A stretch of DNA of 64,000 bases, taken from positions 112 to 64,111 of the forward strand of contig CALVXK010000008.1 of the NCBI GenBank assembly GCA_944369075.1, read 5' to 3'. Position 1 is the stretch's first letter. Every line of letters starts with the position of its first letter. The position numbers were made by a program, and so were the translations under genes. Below, piece after piece: positions 9,572 to 19,129 of the stretch. The DNA comes from an uncultured Bacilli bacterium. Its GTDB lineage: Bacteria; Bacillota_I; Bacilli_A; RFN20; CAG-826. The notes under the pieces are model-generated. The model did no database searches, was not told the origin of the DNA, and worked only from the letters and a program-made list of their open reading frames with translations.

Positions 9572-10027
9572 ATGTTTTGTAAATACTGTGGAAAAGAATT
9601 AGAAGAAGGAACAAAGTTTTGCCCATATTGTGGGAAAATGCAAGAAGAAAGTGCAGTTAATGATTCAGTTGCTCTTCAAAACGGAATAAATCCAAACACG
9701 ATTCAACCAAGTAATAAATTAGATTCATCTAACAGTTTATTTAAAGCTTCTAAAGTATTATTAATTATTAGTTTAGTATTTTTAAGTTTAGTATCTTTTC
9801 TTGTTATAATTAGTACTATTTTATCGGTAGGTTTAACTTTACTTGCCTTTATTCCATTTATTTTAGCATTAGTATTTAATTCAATGGGATTAAGTAAATT
9901 AAAGAAAGCTAAAAGTGCTGATGAACTTACTACTATTTCAATATTAATCATTGTTTTTAATATTCTTGGTGGTAATATCTTTGGTTTAATTGCCGGTATT
10001 TTAATGCTTACATTAAAAAATAAATAA
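9572..10027 (+). CDS. Zinc-ribbon membrane protein
   Basis: ATG at 9572 follows AAGGAG. 'CKYCGKEL..GTKFCPYCG' is a zinc ribbon. C-terminal TM helices are present. It is a paralog of 51471..51911. Confidence 0.7.
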   Translation: MFCKYCGKELEEGTKFCPYCGKMQEESAVNDSVALQNGINPNTIQPSNKLDSSNSLFKASKVLLIISLVFLSLVSFLVIISTILSVGLTLLAFIPFILALVFNSMGLSKLKKAKSADELTTISILIIVFNILGGNIFGLIAGILMLTLKNK

Positions 10028-10115
10028 TATTTATAATAACAATAGACACCAAGTAATAAAAATACTTAATTTAATAGTTTTATTTAGTCTTTAGTAGTTT
10101 TATAATTTTACCGTT

Positions 10116-10928
10116 ATGAACGAGATTACTTATTCTTTTCTTATTTTACTTATACCTTTTCTTGCTACTACACTTGGTAGTGCCTTAGTTTATTGTTTTA
10201 AAAAACAAATTAGTGATAAATTAAATCAATTATTTAATGGTTTTGCTGCAGGAGTAATGCTAGCAGCAGCTATTTTTGGTTTAATTACTCCAGCAATGGA
10301 AGCTGAAGTTAGTTATATGCCTTCTATTGTTGTAGCAGTTATAGGATTTTTACTTGGAGTAGGTTTACTTCTTTTAATTGATAAACTAGTGCCTCATATT
10401 CATGCTCAATCAGAGATTGAAGAAGGTGTTAAAACTTCGAAGATTTCTAGAGCTAATAAGATGTTTTTAGCAGTTACAATTCATAATATTCCTGAAGGAC
10501 TTAGTGTTGGAGTTGCTTTAGGGGTAGCTCTTTCAAGTTTTCATTCTGATCCTAGTATTGGACTATATACTGCAATTTCTAGTGCACTTATGATTTCTAT
10601 TGGTATTGCAATTCAAAATGTACCTGAAGGTGCGGCAATTGCTCTTCCTTTAAAAGAAACAACAAATTCATCGAATAAAGCATTTTTATATGGTACATTT
10701 TCAGGAATTGTTGAACCTTTAGCTGGTTTACTTGGCTTATTCCTTGCTTATTATATCTCTTATTTAATGCCATGGGCTTTAGCATTTGCTGGAGGATGTA
10801 TGATCTATGTTATTATTGATGATTTAATTCCTAATGCAATATCAGCTAAAGATAATCACCATGTTGGATTACTTTCTTGTGTATTTGGTTTTATTATAAT
10901 GATGATATTAGAAGCTACTTTAGGTTAA
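10116..10928 (+). CDS. zupT: ZIP-family divalent metal (zinc) transporter
   Basis: 'HNIPEGLSVGVALG' and 'QNVPEGAAIALPL' ZIP signature helices. About 8 TM. Confidence 0.85.
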   Translation: MNEITYSFLILLIPFLATTLGSALVYCFKKQISDKLNQLFNGFAAGVMLAAAIFGLITPAMEAEVSYMPSIVVAVIGFLLGVGLLLLIDKLVPHIHAQSEIEEGVKTSKISRANKMFLAVTIHNIPEGLSVGVALGVALSSFHSDPSIGLYTAISSALMISIGIAIQNVPEGAAIALPLKETTNSSNKAFLYGTFSGIVEPLAGLLGLFLAYYISYLMPWALAFAGGCMIYVIIDDLIPNAISAKDNHHVGLLSCVFGFIIMMILEATLG

Positions 10929-11136
10929 CACCTAAAGTAGTTTTGTTTATATAAAATAAGTAAAGTTATACTTATTTTTGTGTTATAAATTTGTAGGCTA
11001 TTTATCTATAAATTGTTTTAATATTTATCAATAAAGTTGAAATGTTACCAATTGCAGATACATGATTTTAACATTGCTTTAATTCTAAAAATTAATTAAA
11101 ATTCAATTATAAATATAAATTAAGTAATTAAATAAT

Positions 11137-11460
11137 ATGGAAGAAGAAAGAAGTTTTAATAAAAAACAAACCTTATTAATTATAGCTAGAGTATGCTTAA
11201 TTTTATCAATGCTTGCTAGTTTATGTTTTACTGGATTTTTCTTTATTTTCATTTTCGTATCTAATTTTGAACCTTTAGCAACACTTTTATTTGGTTTATC
11301 TTTACTTTCTTTCATGTTTTGTTTAATGTCGTATATTCAAATAGAAAATTCAAATAGTAAGAAAGATTTATTAGTTTTTGGAATATTATCGATATTTTTT
11401 GGATATATTTTATCTGGAATATTTGTGCTTTGTGCAAAAGAAGAAGTTAAAGAAAATTAA
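11137..11460 (+). CDS. Small membrane protein (3-4 TM)
   Basis: 107-aa hydrophobic ORF. The antisense ORF 11103..11315 is judged spurious. Confidence 0.5.
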   Translation: MEEERSFNKKQTLLIIARVCLILSMLASLCFTGFFFIFIFVSNFEPLATLLFGLSLLSFMFCLMSYIQIENSNSKKDLLVFGILSIFFGYILSGIFVLCAKEEVKEN

Positions 11461-11540
11461 TTAAATTATCAAATATAAACACAATGATTTTTTGTTACTA
11501 ATTTATTATAATATAGCCTTAAAGAAAGGAATATTTTGCT

Positions 11541-12671
11541 ATGGGCTTTAAGAAAGAAAAAACTCAAAAAGAAATTGAACAAGAATTAGCGCTTAAATTA
11601 GAAGAAGAAAAAGCTAATGAAAATAGTGATAGTAATGATTTAACTAAAGATACATCTATAGATAATGAACCACAAATTAGTGAAGAAGAGGAAGAAGCCC
11701 TTTTAGAAGAAAAATCTAAAGAATTATCTAAAGATGATCGTTATTCTTATTTAATTAATCGAATTGATAAGAAAAAAGAAGAATTTAATAAAGCTAGTAA
11801 AAAGATTAAGATGATGAACTACATTATGCTAGGAATAATGTTAGTTTGTATTGTCGGAGCATTAATCTTTATTAGTGTATTTAAAGTAGAAGAAGGCTCT
11901 AATCTTACTTGGCTTCCTTATGTAGTTATTGGTGTTGCTATTGCAGTGGCAGTAGTTGCTTATATCTTCATGAGATTACAAAGAAAAAAGGTTGAAAAAG
12001 TAGGAAATGAATATATAACTTTTGTTATTAATCAAACTAATAGTGTAATTTATGAAGAACCTAAATTCTTAGATTTAAAAGTTGAATCTATCGCAGATAA
12101 AAAAGAAACATTTTCTAATTCTCGTATATTTAAAGATATTAAAAGTTTTAAATCAATTAATGTAATTAATGCTACCTTTGAAGGTAGCCCTATAATTGCA
12201 TTTGATTGTGCAGCTTCAGTTATTCAAAAAAATAGACAAATACCTCACTTTTTAGGAAGAATGTTTGTTTTACCTTTAATTAATGTCCCTAAAGAAGTTA
12301 GAGCACTTTTCCAACTTAAAGGTAAAAATGAATATTCTTATCCAGTAGACGATTTAGAAGGATTAGTAGAAGTAACTAATAACGATAAATATGTTTATTA
12401 TATTTCTGATCCTAAATATAAAGATTTAATTGATCAAAAAGTTATTTCATTAATTAAACGTTTTAGAATAGATAAAACAATATATGATGTAATTATTTCA
12501 ATTAATGGGTCTTCTTTCTATGTTGGTATCGATTATGAAGATTCATTTATTTCAATTCCAAGTGATGCTAAAGAAGGATTTAATCTAAAACGTATTGTTA
12601 AATCTAAAGAAGATATCGATAAAGTTTTAGATATATATAAAGCAATATCTAGCAAAAGATTTCATGATTAA
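11541..12671 (+). CDS. Membrane protein with acidic N-terminal region, two TM helices and a globular C-terminal domain (possibly DUF3137-like)
   Basis: SD AAAGGA upstream. The architecture is read from the translation. Family assignment is tentative. Confidence 0.5.
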   Translation: MGFKKEKTQKEIEQELALKLEEEKANENSDSNDLTKDTSIDNEPQISEEEEEALLEEKSKELSKDDRYSYLINRIDKKKEEFNKASKKIKMMNYIMLGIMLVCIVGALIFISVFKVEEGSNLTWLPYVVIGVAIAVAVVAYIFMRLQRKKVEKVGNEYITFVINQTNSVIYEEPKFLDLKVESIADKKETFSNSRIFKDIKSFKSINVINATFEGSPIIAFDCAASVIQKNRQIPHFLGRMFVLPLINVPKEVRALFQLKGKNEYSYPVDDLEGLVEVTNNDKYVYYISDPKYKDLIDQKVISLIKRFRIDKTIYDVIISINGSSFYVGIDYEDSFISIPSDAKEGFNLKRIVKSKEDIDKVLDIYKAISSKRFHD

Positions 12672-12704
12672 TTAATTTAATTCTTATTTTATTTTAAAAA
12701 GGAG

Positions 12705-13268
12705 GTGAATTTTATTGTGCCTAGTTCTAATTCCAAGTTAGTAAATACTTATGTAGAAGTACAAGGTTATAAACATGATGGAAGAATGCATAGGATTTGG
12801 GATTCACCTTTTTGTGTAGAAGATAATGAAGAATATATTGTTTTAGTATCATATAAAACGAAAGTAATAGAACATGATTTTAGGGTATGGTATACCAAAG
12901 AAAGTGCGGTAATGATCTTTTTTAAGCATGAATGGAAAAATATAATCGCAATGCTTAAAAATAATGGTATTACTTACTATGTTAATCTAGCTTCTCCTTA
13001 TATTATTGATTCGAAATTTATTAAATATGTCGATTATGATTTAGATATGAAGTTATATCCAAATAATAAGATTAGACTTATTGATGTAAAAGAGTATGAT
13101 TTTAATCGTAAACGATATGGATATGGAGAAGATATCGATAAAATTTTAAGATATAACATTTTTAAGATTGAAAAAGAAATGAAAAAAAGAATATTTCCAT
13201 TTGATGATAAGAAAATATTAGAATATTATTCAATTTTTAAGAAAATTCGTAATATAAATGATGAATAA
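12705..13268 (+). CDS. DUF402 family protein (nucleoside tri/diphosphatase Ntdp-like)
   Basis: 'YKHDGRMHRIW' and 'YYVNLASPY...VDYDLDMKL' fit DUF402. The GTG at 12705 overlaps the SD, so the true start is more likely GTG 12717. Confidence 0.7.
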   Translation: MNFIVPSSNSKLVNTYVEVQGYKHDGRMHRIWDSPFCVEDNEEYIVLVSYKTKVIEHDFRVWYTKESAVMIFFKHEWKNIIAMLKNNGITYYVNLASPYIIDSKFIKYVDYDLDMKLYPNNKIRLIDVKEYDFNRKRYGYGEDIDKILRYNIFKIEKEMKKRIFPFDDKKILEYYSIFKKIRNINDE

Positions 13269-13271
13269 AAG

Positions 13272-13335
13272 CGTGATAATTAACGATAAATTATATTATC
13301 ACGTGAAAATATTCGTGAAAACTATCGTGAAAACA
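13272..13335 (+). repeat. CGTGAAAA word array (three copies, 12-bp period) plus a 9-bp inverted repeat
   Basis: CGTGAAAA at 13302, 13314 and 13326. CGTGATAA at 13272. Inverted repeat cgtgataat (13272) / attatcacg (13295). Confidence 0.85.
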
Positions 13336-13377
13336 TGGTAGTTAATTAGTAAGTAATTAGTAGAAAGAAGAAATTAT

Positions 13378-13869
13378 ATGTTAGAAATTTTAATAAAAAG
13401 TGATAGTTTAGATGTTACTAACAAGATAGGAAAACTTATTGGCGAAGAAGCTTTTGAAGGTGAAGTTATTACTTTAAGTGGTGATTTAGGAGCAGGAAAA
13501 ACTACTTTAACTAAAGAAATAGGTAAAACTTTAGGGATTAAAGAAGATATTAATTCACCAACATTTAATATTTTAAAGTGTTATTTTCATAAAAATGGCT
13601 TAGATTTATACCATATTGATGCTTATAGACTTGAAGATGTACCAAGAGAAAATAAAAATATCGGATTAGAAGAAGTTATTGAAGGAGAAGGTTTGGCAGT
13701 AATTGAATGGCCAGTTTATATTAATGAATTTCTTAACTTTGAAGAATCTTTAAATATAACAATCACAATTAATAAAGATACTAATGTAAGATTATTTAAA
13801 CTTGAAACATATAACGATAAGAAATTCACTAATTTATTTAATAAACTTCATAATGAATTTGATAAATAA
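13378..13869 (+). CDS. tsaE: tRNA t6A37 biosynthesis ATPase TsaE
   Basis: 'GDLGAGKTTLTK', 'SPTFN' and 'YHIDAYRL' motifs. Clustered with tsaB and tsaD. Confidence 0.9.
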   Translation: MLEILIKSDSLDVTNKIGKLIGEEAFEGEVITLSGDLGAGKTTLTKEIGKTLGIKEDINSPTFNILKCYFHKNGLDLYHIDAYRLEDVPRENKNIGLEEVIEGEGLAVIEWPVYINEFLNFEESLNITITINKDTNVRLFKLETYNDKKFTNLFNKLHNEFDK

Positions 13870-13910
13870 CTTAAAAAATATTAAATATATATAAGAAAGA
13901 AGATTAGATT

Positions 13911-14531
13911 ATGTATACATTATTACTCGATTCATCAAATAAATTACTTGTAGTAGGTTTAGCTAAAGATAATAAGGTTATTGATTCTATTATCTATGAA
14001 GCATGGCAAAAACAAAGTGAATATATGATTAATGAGATTAATAATATATTCACTAGAAATAATATAGATCCTAAAGAAGTAAATGAAATAATAGTAACTA
14101 AAGGACCAGGAAGTTATACTGGACTTAGAATTGCTTTAACTATTGCTAAAATATATGGTTATATCTTAAATATTCCAGTATATGTATTATCTTCTTTAGA
14201 AATTTTAATTGATTCTAAAGATAAAGACACAAATACAATATGTTTAATGAATGCTAGAAGTTCTAGATCATATATAGGAATATATTCTTCTAATAAAGAA
14301 GTTTTATTAGAAGATAAAGTTTTAACTAATGAGGAAGTTAAAACTTTAATTAAGAATAACCCTACTTATAAAGTTAGTGGAGATATATCTTATTTAAATC
14401 TAGATTTAGATAATACTAATTACTATGATTTATCTAATTTAGATTTACTTAATAACATGCTCTATTTAAAAGATGAATCTAATAAAGTAGAGAATATTTT
14501 AACTTTAAAGGCTATATATTTAAAAGATTAG
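13911..14531 (+). CDS. tsaB: tRNA t6A37 biosynthesis protein TsaB
   Basis: 'LLLDSS...', 'GPGSYTGLRIALTIAK'. Position in the operon supports the call. Confidence 0.85.
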   Translation: MYTLLLDSSNKLLVVGLAKDNKVIDSIIYEAWQKQSEYMINEINNIFTRNNIDPKEVNEIIVTKGPGSYTGLRIALTIAKIYGYILNIPVYVLSSLEILIDSKDKDTNTICLMNARSSRSYIGIYSSNKEVLLEDKVLTNEEVKTLIKNNPTYKVSGDISYLNLDLDNTNYYDLSNLDLLNNMLYLKDESNKVENILTLKAIYLKD

Positions 14532-14533
14532 GT

Positions 14534-15025
14534 ATGTTTAGTGTTGAAAAATTAGATAAATCAAATAGTAAAGAGATAAGTGAAGTAAAAGAAGTAGAGT
14601 TAACATCAACTTATGATGTTTTAAAAGAAAAAGATTTAGCTTATGAAATAAACGAAAATCCAGTTGCTAACTTTTTAGTTTTAAAAAACTCTAATAATAA
14701 TGTAATAGGTTACATTGATTATTGGATAACATTTGATTCTTCTACTATTTTTAAAATAGTAATTAAAGATACTCATCGAAATAAGGGCTTAGGTTATTTT
14801 CTTTTAAATGAGACAATCGAAATTCTAAAAAAATATGAAGATAAGGAAGATAAAACAAAGTTACTTTATATAACTTTAGAAGTAAGAAAATCTAATTTAA
14901 GTGCTATTTCTTTATATCACAAATGTGGATTTAAAGAGATAACAATTAAACGTGGTTATTATGAAGATGGCGAAGATGCAATATATATGGTAAAGGATTT
15001 AAATGAAGAATATGGAACAAAATAA
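14534..15025 (+). CDS. rimI: Ribosomal-protein-alanine N-acetyltransferase (GNAT)
   Basis: GNAT motif 'HRNKGLGYFLL' and 'LEVRKSNLSAISLYHKCGF'. Canonical position between tsaB and tsaD. Confidence 0.8.
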   Translation: MFSVEKLDKSNSKEISEVKEVELTSTYDVLKEKDLAYEINENPVANFLVLKNSNNNVIGYIDYWITFDSSTIFKIVIKDTHRNKGLGYFLLNETIEILKKYEDKEDKTKLLYITLEVRKSNLSAISLYHKCGFKEITIKRGYYEDGEDAIYMVKDLNEEYGTK

Positions 15026-16037
15026 AGATTTAATAATTCTTGGTATAGAATCTTCTTGTGATGAAACTGCTATTGCAATAACAATAAATGGCGAATTAAA
15101 AGCTAATGTAATTTCTTCTCAAATAGAAGTTCATCAAAAATATGGCGGGGTTATGCCTGAAATAGCTTCTAGATTACATTTAGAAAATATTGCCGTAGTT
15201 TTAGATGAAGCACTTAAAAAATCAGGTATAAAAATGGAACAAGTTAGTGCAATTGCTTTTACTAGAGGTCCAGGTTTAATAGGTGCACTTCATGTTGGTT
15301 TACAGGCTGCTAAAACATTAGCTTTAATTTATGATAAGCCTTTAATTCCAGTTCACCATTTAGCTGGTCATATTTATGCTAATGAATTTATTGAACCATT
15401 AATTTTCCCTTGTTTAGCTGTAGTAGTAAGTGGCGGAAATACTGAACTTGTTTACATGAAAGAGCATTTATCTTTTGAAATAATAGGTGAAACAATTGAT
15501 GATGCAATTGGTGAAAGTTATGATAAAGTTGCTAGAGTTTTAGGTTTACCTTATCCAGGTGGAGTTGCAATTGATAAACTTGCAAAAGAAGGAGAACACA
15601 CCTATCAACTTCCCGAACCTTTAAAAGATAATTCGTTAAATGTTTCTTATTCTGGACTTAAAACTGCTGTAATTAATTTAGTTAATAAAGAAAAAATGTT
15701 AGGGCATGAAATTAATGTTCCTAATATGGCTAAATCTTTCCAAGATGTTGCTATAAAAGAAATTATGGATAGAGTTATTAGAGCTTCTAAAATGTATGAT
15801 ATAAAAGAAATAGTTTTAGCAGGTGGAGTAAGTGCAAATTCATATTTAAGAAGTGAAATTGTTAAAGAATTTGAAAATACACCTATAAAAGTTGTTATTC
15901 CACCATTATGGGCAACAACAGATAATGCTGCTATGATTTGTAAAGTTGGCGAATATCTTTATAAAAAGGGATTATTTACTGATTTAAGTATTGGTGTTGA
16001 TCCATCTTGGAAAATCGAAGATTACGATAAGTTTTAA
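15003..16037 (+). CDS. tsaD: tRNA N6-adenosine threonylcarbamoyltransferase TsaD
   Basis: 'LGIESSCDETA', 'HHLAGHI' and 'VVSGGNTEL' Kae1/TsaD motifs. Confidence 0.95.
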   Translation: MKNMEQNKDLIILGIESSCDETAIAITINGELKANVISSQIEVHQKYGGVMPEIASRLHLENIAVVLDEALKKSGIKMEQVSAIAFTRGPGLIGALHVGLQAAKTLALIYDKPLIPVHHLAGHIYANEFIEPLIFPCLAVVVSGGNTELVYMKEHLSFEIIGETIDDAIGESYDKVARVLGLPYPGGVAIDKLAKEGEHTYQLPEPLKDNSLNVSYSGLKTAVINLVNKEKMLGHEINVPNMAKSFQDVAIKEIMDRVIRASKMYDIKEIVLAGGVSANSYLRSEIVKEFENTPIKVVIPPLWATTDNAAMICKVGEYLYKKGLFTDLSIGVDPSWKIEDYDKF

Positions 16038-16052
16038 TTAATATAAAATTTA

Positions 16053-16136
16053 CAAAAACGTTCTATTAACTAAAAAAATAACTTGCAATAATGTTCTATT
16101 AATTTGTTTTGCAACCTGCAAAAATGTTCTATTAAT
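16053..16136 (+). repeat. Three direct copies of a ~19-nt word (core GTTCTATTAA), 33/32-bp period
   Basis: Cores at 16060, 16093 and 16125. The embedded inverted repeat ttttgca-acc-tgcaaaa lies at 16107-16123. Confidence 0.85.
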
Positions 16137-16397
16137 TTTCAAATTCAACCTAAATATAATACTTAAGCACAAATCTTATAATTTTTAAAAGATGCTATTA
16201 ATTATAGCGAAGTGCTATTTTAAAGAACTTTGATATTAACGAGTATAATCTATTATTAAATTATAAAAGCAAAGCACAGACTTAATAATTGATTGATTAT
16301 ACTCTTGCTGGAGGTTAGCTTTTGAAAGTTGGACCCTTTAATAATTTATCTAAATTTCCAACAAGTAGTCTTTGCGCAAATATAAGGAGAAAGCGTT

Positions 16398-16472
16398 ATG
16401 TTAAAGCCGGAAATTTTAGGTGCTATAGTTGTTTCAAAAGAAATTGCTAATATAATTAAATCAAATAGATAA
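16398..16472 (+). CDS. Possible 24-aa small ORF (MLKPEILGAIVVSKEIANIIKSNR)
   Basis: AAGGAG lies 8 nt upstream of the ATG. The ORF ends 13 nt before the lipoprotein gene. There is no homology evidence. Confidence 0.3.
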   Translation: MLKPEILGAIVVSKEIANIIKSNR

Positions 16473-16485
16473 CGGAGAAATAATT

Positions 16486-16956
16486 ATGAAATTGAAATTA
16501 TTAGGTGTTTTAGGTTTAACTTTCTTATTAAGTTCTTGTGGTAGTACAACAAGTGATTTTAGTAAAGATAGTGTGATTATTGGAGATATCACAATAGGTG
16601 GCGTTTTAAAAATGAAAGAAGATTTCATCTCTCAATATAACGATGAATATAATTTCGAAGAAGATGTTCCTACTTTTGATCAAGTTAGAATTTTACAATA
16701 TTATGGAAATTATACAGTAAATAGTAATGAAGTTGCTGTAGTATCTTTATTACCGGCAGGCTATGGATTACCAGGAACAGCAACTGATGTTACATTGGGT
16801 GAAGTTACTTTAACTTTTGGTGGAAAGGTGCCAGAAGTTTATCATATCGATGAATCTAACTTTGTATCATTAGAAGAAGCTTACGAATCATCTCTTATCG
16901 ATGATGGAGTAGTAAAATCTATTGAATATATTTTAGGATATAACAATGTTAATTAA
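16486..16956 (+). CDS. Lipoprotein
   Basis: Signal peptide with lipobox 'LLSSC'. SD GGAG upstream. Confidence 0.75.
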   Translation: MKLKLLGVLGLTFLLSSCGSTTSDFSKDSVIIGDITIGGVLKMKEDFISQYNDEYNFEEDVPTFDQVRILQYYGNYTVNSNEVAVVSLLPAGYGLPGTATDVTLGEVTLTFGGKVPEVYHIDESNFVSLEEAYESSLIDDGVVKSIEYILGYNNVN

Positions 16957-17055
16957 TTTTTATTTAGCGAATCATTTATAGTCTCTAAGTTCATATAATT
17001 TTTATTATTGAAGTTCCCTTTTTCTTAAGTAATTAAATTTTCATAAGCGATAATC

Positions 17056-17090
17056 TTTAATAATTTTTGCAAATAGCAAAAATTATTAAA
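17056..17090. promoter_or_regulatory. Perfect 15-bp inverted repeat (operator-like) containing TTTTTGC/GCAAAAA
   Basis: tttaataatttttgc-aaata-gcaaaaattattaaa. No flanking U-run. It lies upstream of the XRE regulator promoter. Confidence 0.6.
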
Positions 17091-17120
17091 AAAGAGGACA
17101 AAAAGTTTTAATTTTTAGCA

Positions 17121-17149
17121 TTGCTACTTTTCGTAGCGGCTTGCTACAA
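17121..17149 (+). promoter_or_regulatory. Sigma-70-type promoter overlapped by a GCTAC-N5-GTAGC palindrome
   Basis: TTGCTA (17121), a 17-nt spacer, then TACAAT (17144). The palindrome lies at 17123-17137 and TTGCTAC is repeated at 17141. Confidence 0.5.
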
Positions 17150-17208
17150 TAAAGTACTACGATATTTTTTGTAAGGTTTTAATATTTAAACACGAGCGAA
17201 ATTAAATT

Positions 17209-17889
17209 ATGTTAAACATTAAAAGCAAAATTGGAAAAAGTAATTGTGATATCAAGGAAAATGAAGAATTTGTTAATGAAAATAGTCAAGATTTGATCAA
17301 CAATAAAGCTCTTTTAGATTCAAAAAATGAAAAAGAAAACTCTAATGAAGTTAATGAAAATATTGGTCAAAGAATAAAAGAATTAAGAATAAGTAAGGGA
17401 CTATCACAAGAAAAATTAGCTAGTATTTTTAGCGTTTCTCGTCAAGCTGTACAAAAACGGGAAACTAATATCAACGAACCAGACATTAGAACATTAAGAA
17501 AAATTGCAAAATTTTTCAATGTCTCATTAATTTACATTATTGATGGAAAAGAAGAAAACAATAAGCCAGGTTCTTTAGAAAATACTGAACCTAAAAAAGA
17601 TTTAATAGCAACAAAGTCCTTTAAAAACAATGAACTAACTGTGAAGAACATTATCTTAATTATCGTGTTTACATTAAGTGTTATTTTATTTTTTGGTTTA
17701 TTGATTTATGCCTTTTTAAACCCTCTTTATCGATATCAAAGATTTTCTTTCTTCTGGCGGTATGTACCAATTGACGGATTTAATCCATCATATTTCCTTT
17801 TCCAAGTTTTGAACTTAGCAAGTATTGTTGGCGTAGTATTAAGCCTTGTGTTTTTATTTAAAAAGAAAAAGGGGGCAAAAAAGAAATGA
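17209..17889 (+). CDS. Membrane-anchored XRE-family HTH regulator
   Basis: 'IGQRIKELRISKGLSQEKLASIFSVSRQAVQKRE' is an HTH_3 motif. Two C-terminal TM helices follow. An ATGA overlap couples it to the next ORF. Confidence 0.75.
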   Translation: MLNIKSKIGKSNCDIKENEEFVNENSQDLINNKALLDSKNEKENSNEVNENIGQRIKELRISKGLSQEKLASIFSVSRQAVQKRETNINEPDIRTLRKIAKFFNVSLIYIIDGKEENNKPGSLENTEPKKDLIATKSFKNNELTVKNIILIIVFTLSVILFFGLLIYAFLNPLYRYQRFSFFWRYVPIDGFNPSYFLFQVLNLASIVGVVLSLVFLFKKKKGAKKK

Positions 17890-18989
17890 AAGTATTTTTA
17901 TCATTAACATTAGTATCGTTTATCTCTGCTTTAGGGACAGGAAATTTAAACAAAGAAAATACCTACGATTTTAAAGAAACGAATCAGGTAGAAATTATTT
18001 ATGATGATGAGCTTAAAGTTCCTGCTTTTGATGGTAAAAAAGGTTACATTGTTCTTAAAAATATCAACGATGAAGATGTAGTAAATAAAATAAATTCGGT
18101 TAAAAACAATGTTTACTTACAAAATTTGTTTAATTTTGTTCCTGCTGAAGTAAATGTTCCTATGGTTGAACAAGGTGTATTTTATTATCAAGTAAACGAC
18201 AAAGAATATGCAAAAGGGTCAATTAAAGGAACATCCTACACAACAAGTGAAAGTTTGAATAATCTAAGTGAAAAAATTAGCAATGATATATTGCAAGGGA
18301 AGTTCACGGAGAACACTTTATATGATGCAACAACTTTAGATAAGCCAATCATTGAAGTTAGAAAATCTTGGAATCAAGTTAATAAATTTGTAGAATACTC
18401 AACTTTAGACTATGAAGGGCTTCATTATGGCGACTATTCTGAAAGTATAAGCTATTTTAGTGCAGTTACTTCTAAGTATTCATATAATATGGTAATTCAT
18501 GTATCTTATTTAATTCCTAATACCGCTGATACAGATGATTTTAGAACGAGTAGTATTAATTATTCGAGTAATGTAAATGGTTACTCGATATGGATATATG
18601 ATTTTGGCCCACTTTATAGAACTGATGACAAGAATATATCGTATACATTTGTTTTAAATGGAATTGGTGAAAATCGTGACGATTATAATACCTATGTTGA
18701 ATATGAAGCGATTAATGAATCTCCTTCTATTTCTAGTAAAACCGTTCCTGCAACTGGTAAAATGGATCTTACCTTTGAATATCTTGATCCATGGGATGAA
18801 AATACTGAGTTTTATGAGTATGCAAAAGGAGCTTCCTATCAGTCTTGTTCCTATATTTACGAATATAGAACCGGAACGGCTGATAATCTTAAAATTAATA
18901 ATCAAAGAAAAGTAAGCATGGTACGAGATGATTTATTTCCATGGAATGATAAGACTGTAAACTTTGATTTTTCAACTACAATAGAATAA
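17886..18989 (+). CDS. Secreted protein of unknown function
   Basis: N-terminal signal-like segment 'MKVFLSLTLVSFISALG'. Translationally coupled to the XRE gene. The internal ORFs at 18654/18658 are judged spurious. Confidence 0.6.
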   Translation: MKVFLSLTLVSFISALGTGNLNKENTYDFKETNQVEIIYDDELKVPAFDGKKGYIVLKNINDEDVVNKINSVKNNVYLQNLFNFVPAEVNVPMVEQGVFYYQVNDKEYAKGSIKGTSYTTSESLNNLSEKISNDILQGKFTENTLYDATTLDKPIIEVRKSWNQVNKFVEYSTLDYEGLHYGDYSESISYFSAVTSKYSYNMVIHVSYLIPNTADTDDFRTSSINYSSNVNGYSIWIYDFGPLYRTDDKNISYTFVLNGIGENRDDYNTYVEYEAINESPSISSKTVPATGKMDLTFEYLDPWDENTEFYEYAKGASYQSCSYIYEYRTGTADNLKINNQRKVSMVRDDLFPWNDKTVNFDFSTTIE

Positions 18990-19129
18990 AGAGTATATAA
19001 TTAATATTTAAGTATATAAAATTACTATTTTCTTGTAAAAAGTTTAAATAAAAATTAGAATTAAAAGGCTATTTAAAACAAGAAAATAGTAATTTTATAT
19101 ATTTATTTTATCAGGAGTTAATTGTAATT

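Noticed and set aside
13272-13303. A Fur/Zur-box-like element, TGATAAT...ATTATCA.
   Set aside because: The half-sites are separated by 14 nt, not by the 1-nt spacing of 7-1-7 Fur/PerR/Zur boxes. It is kept only as an inverted repeat within the CGTGAAAA array.
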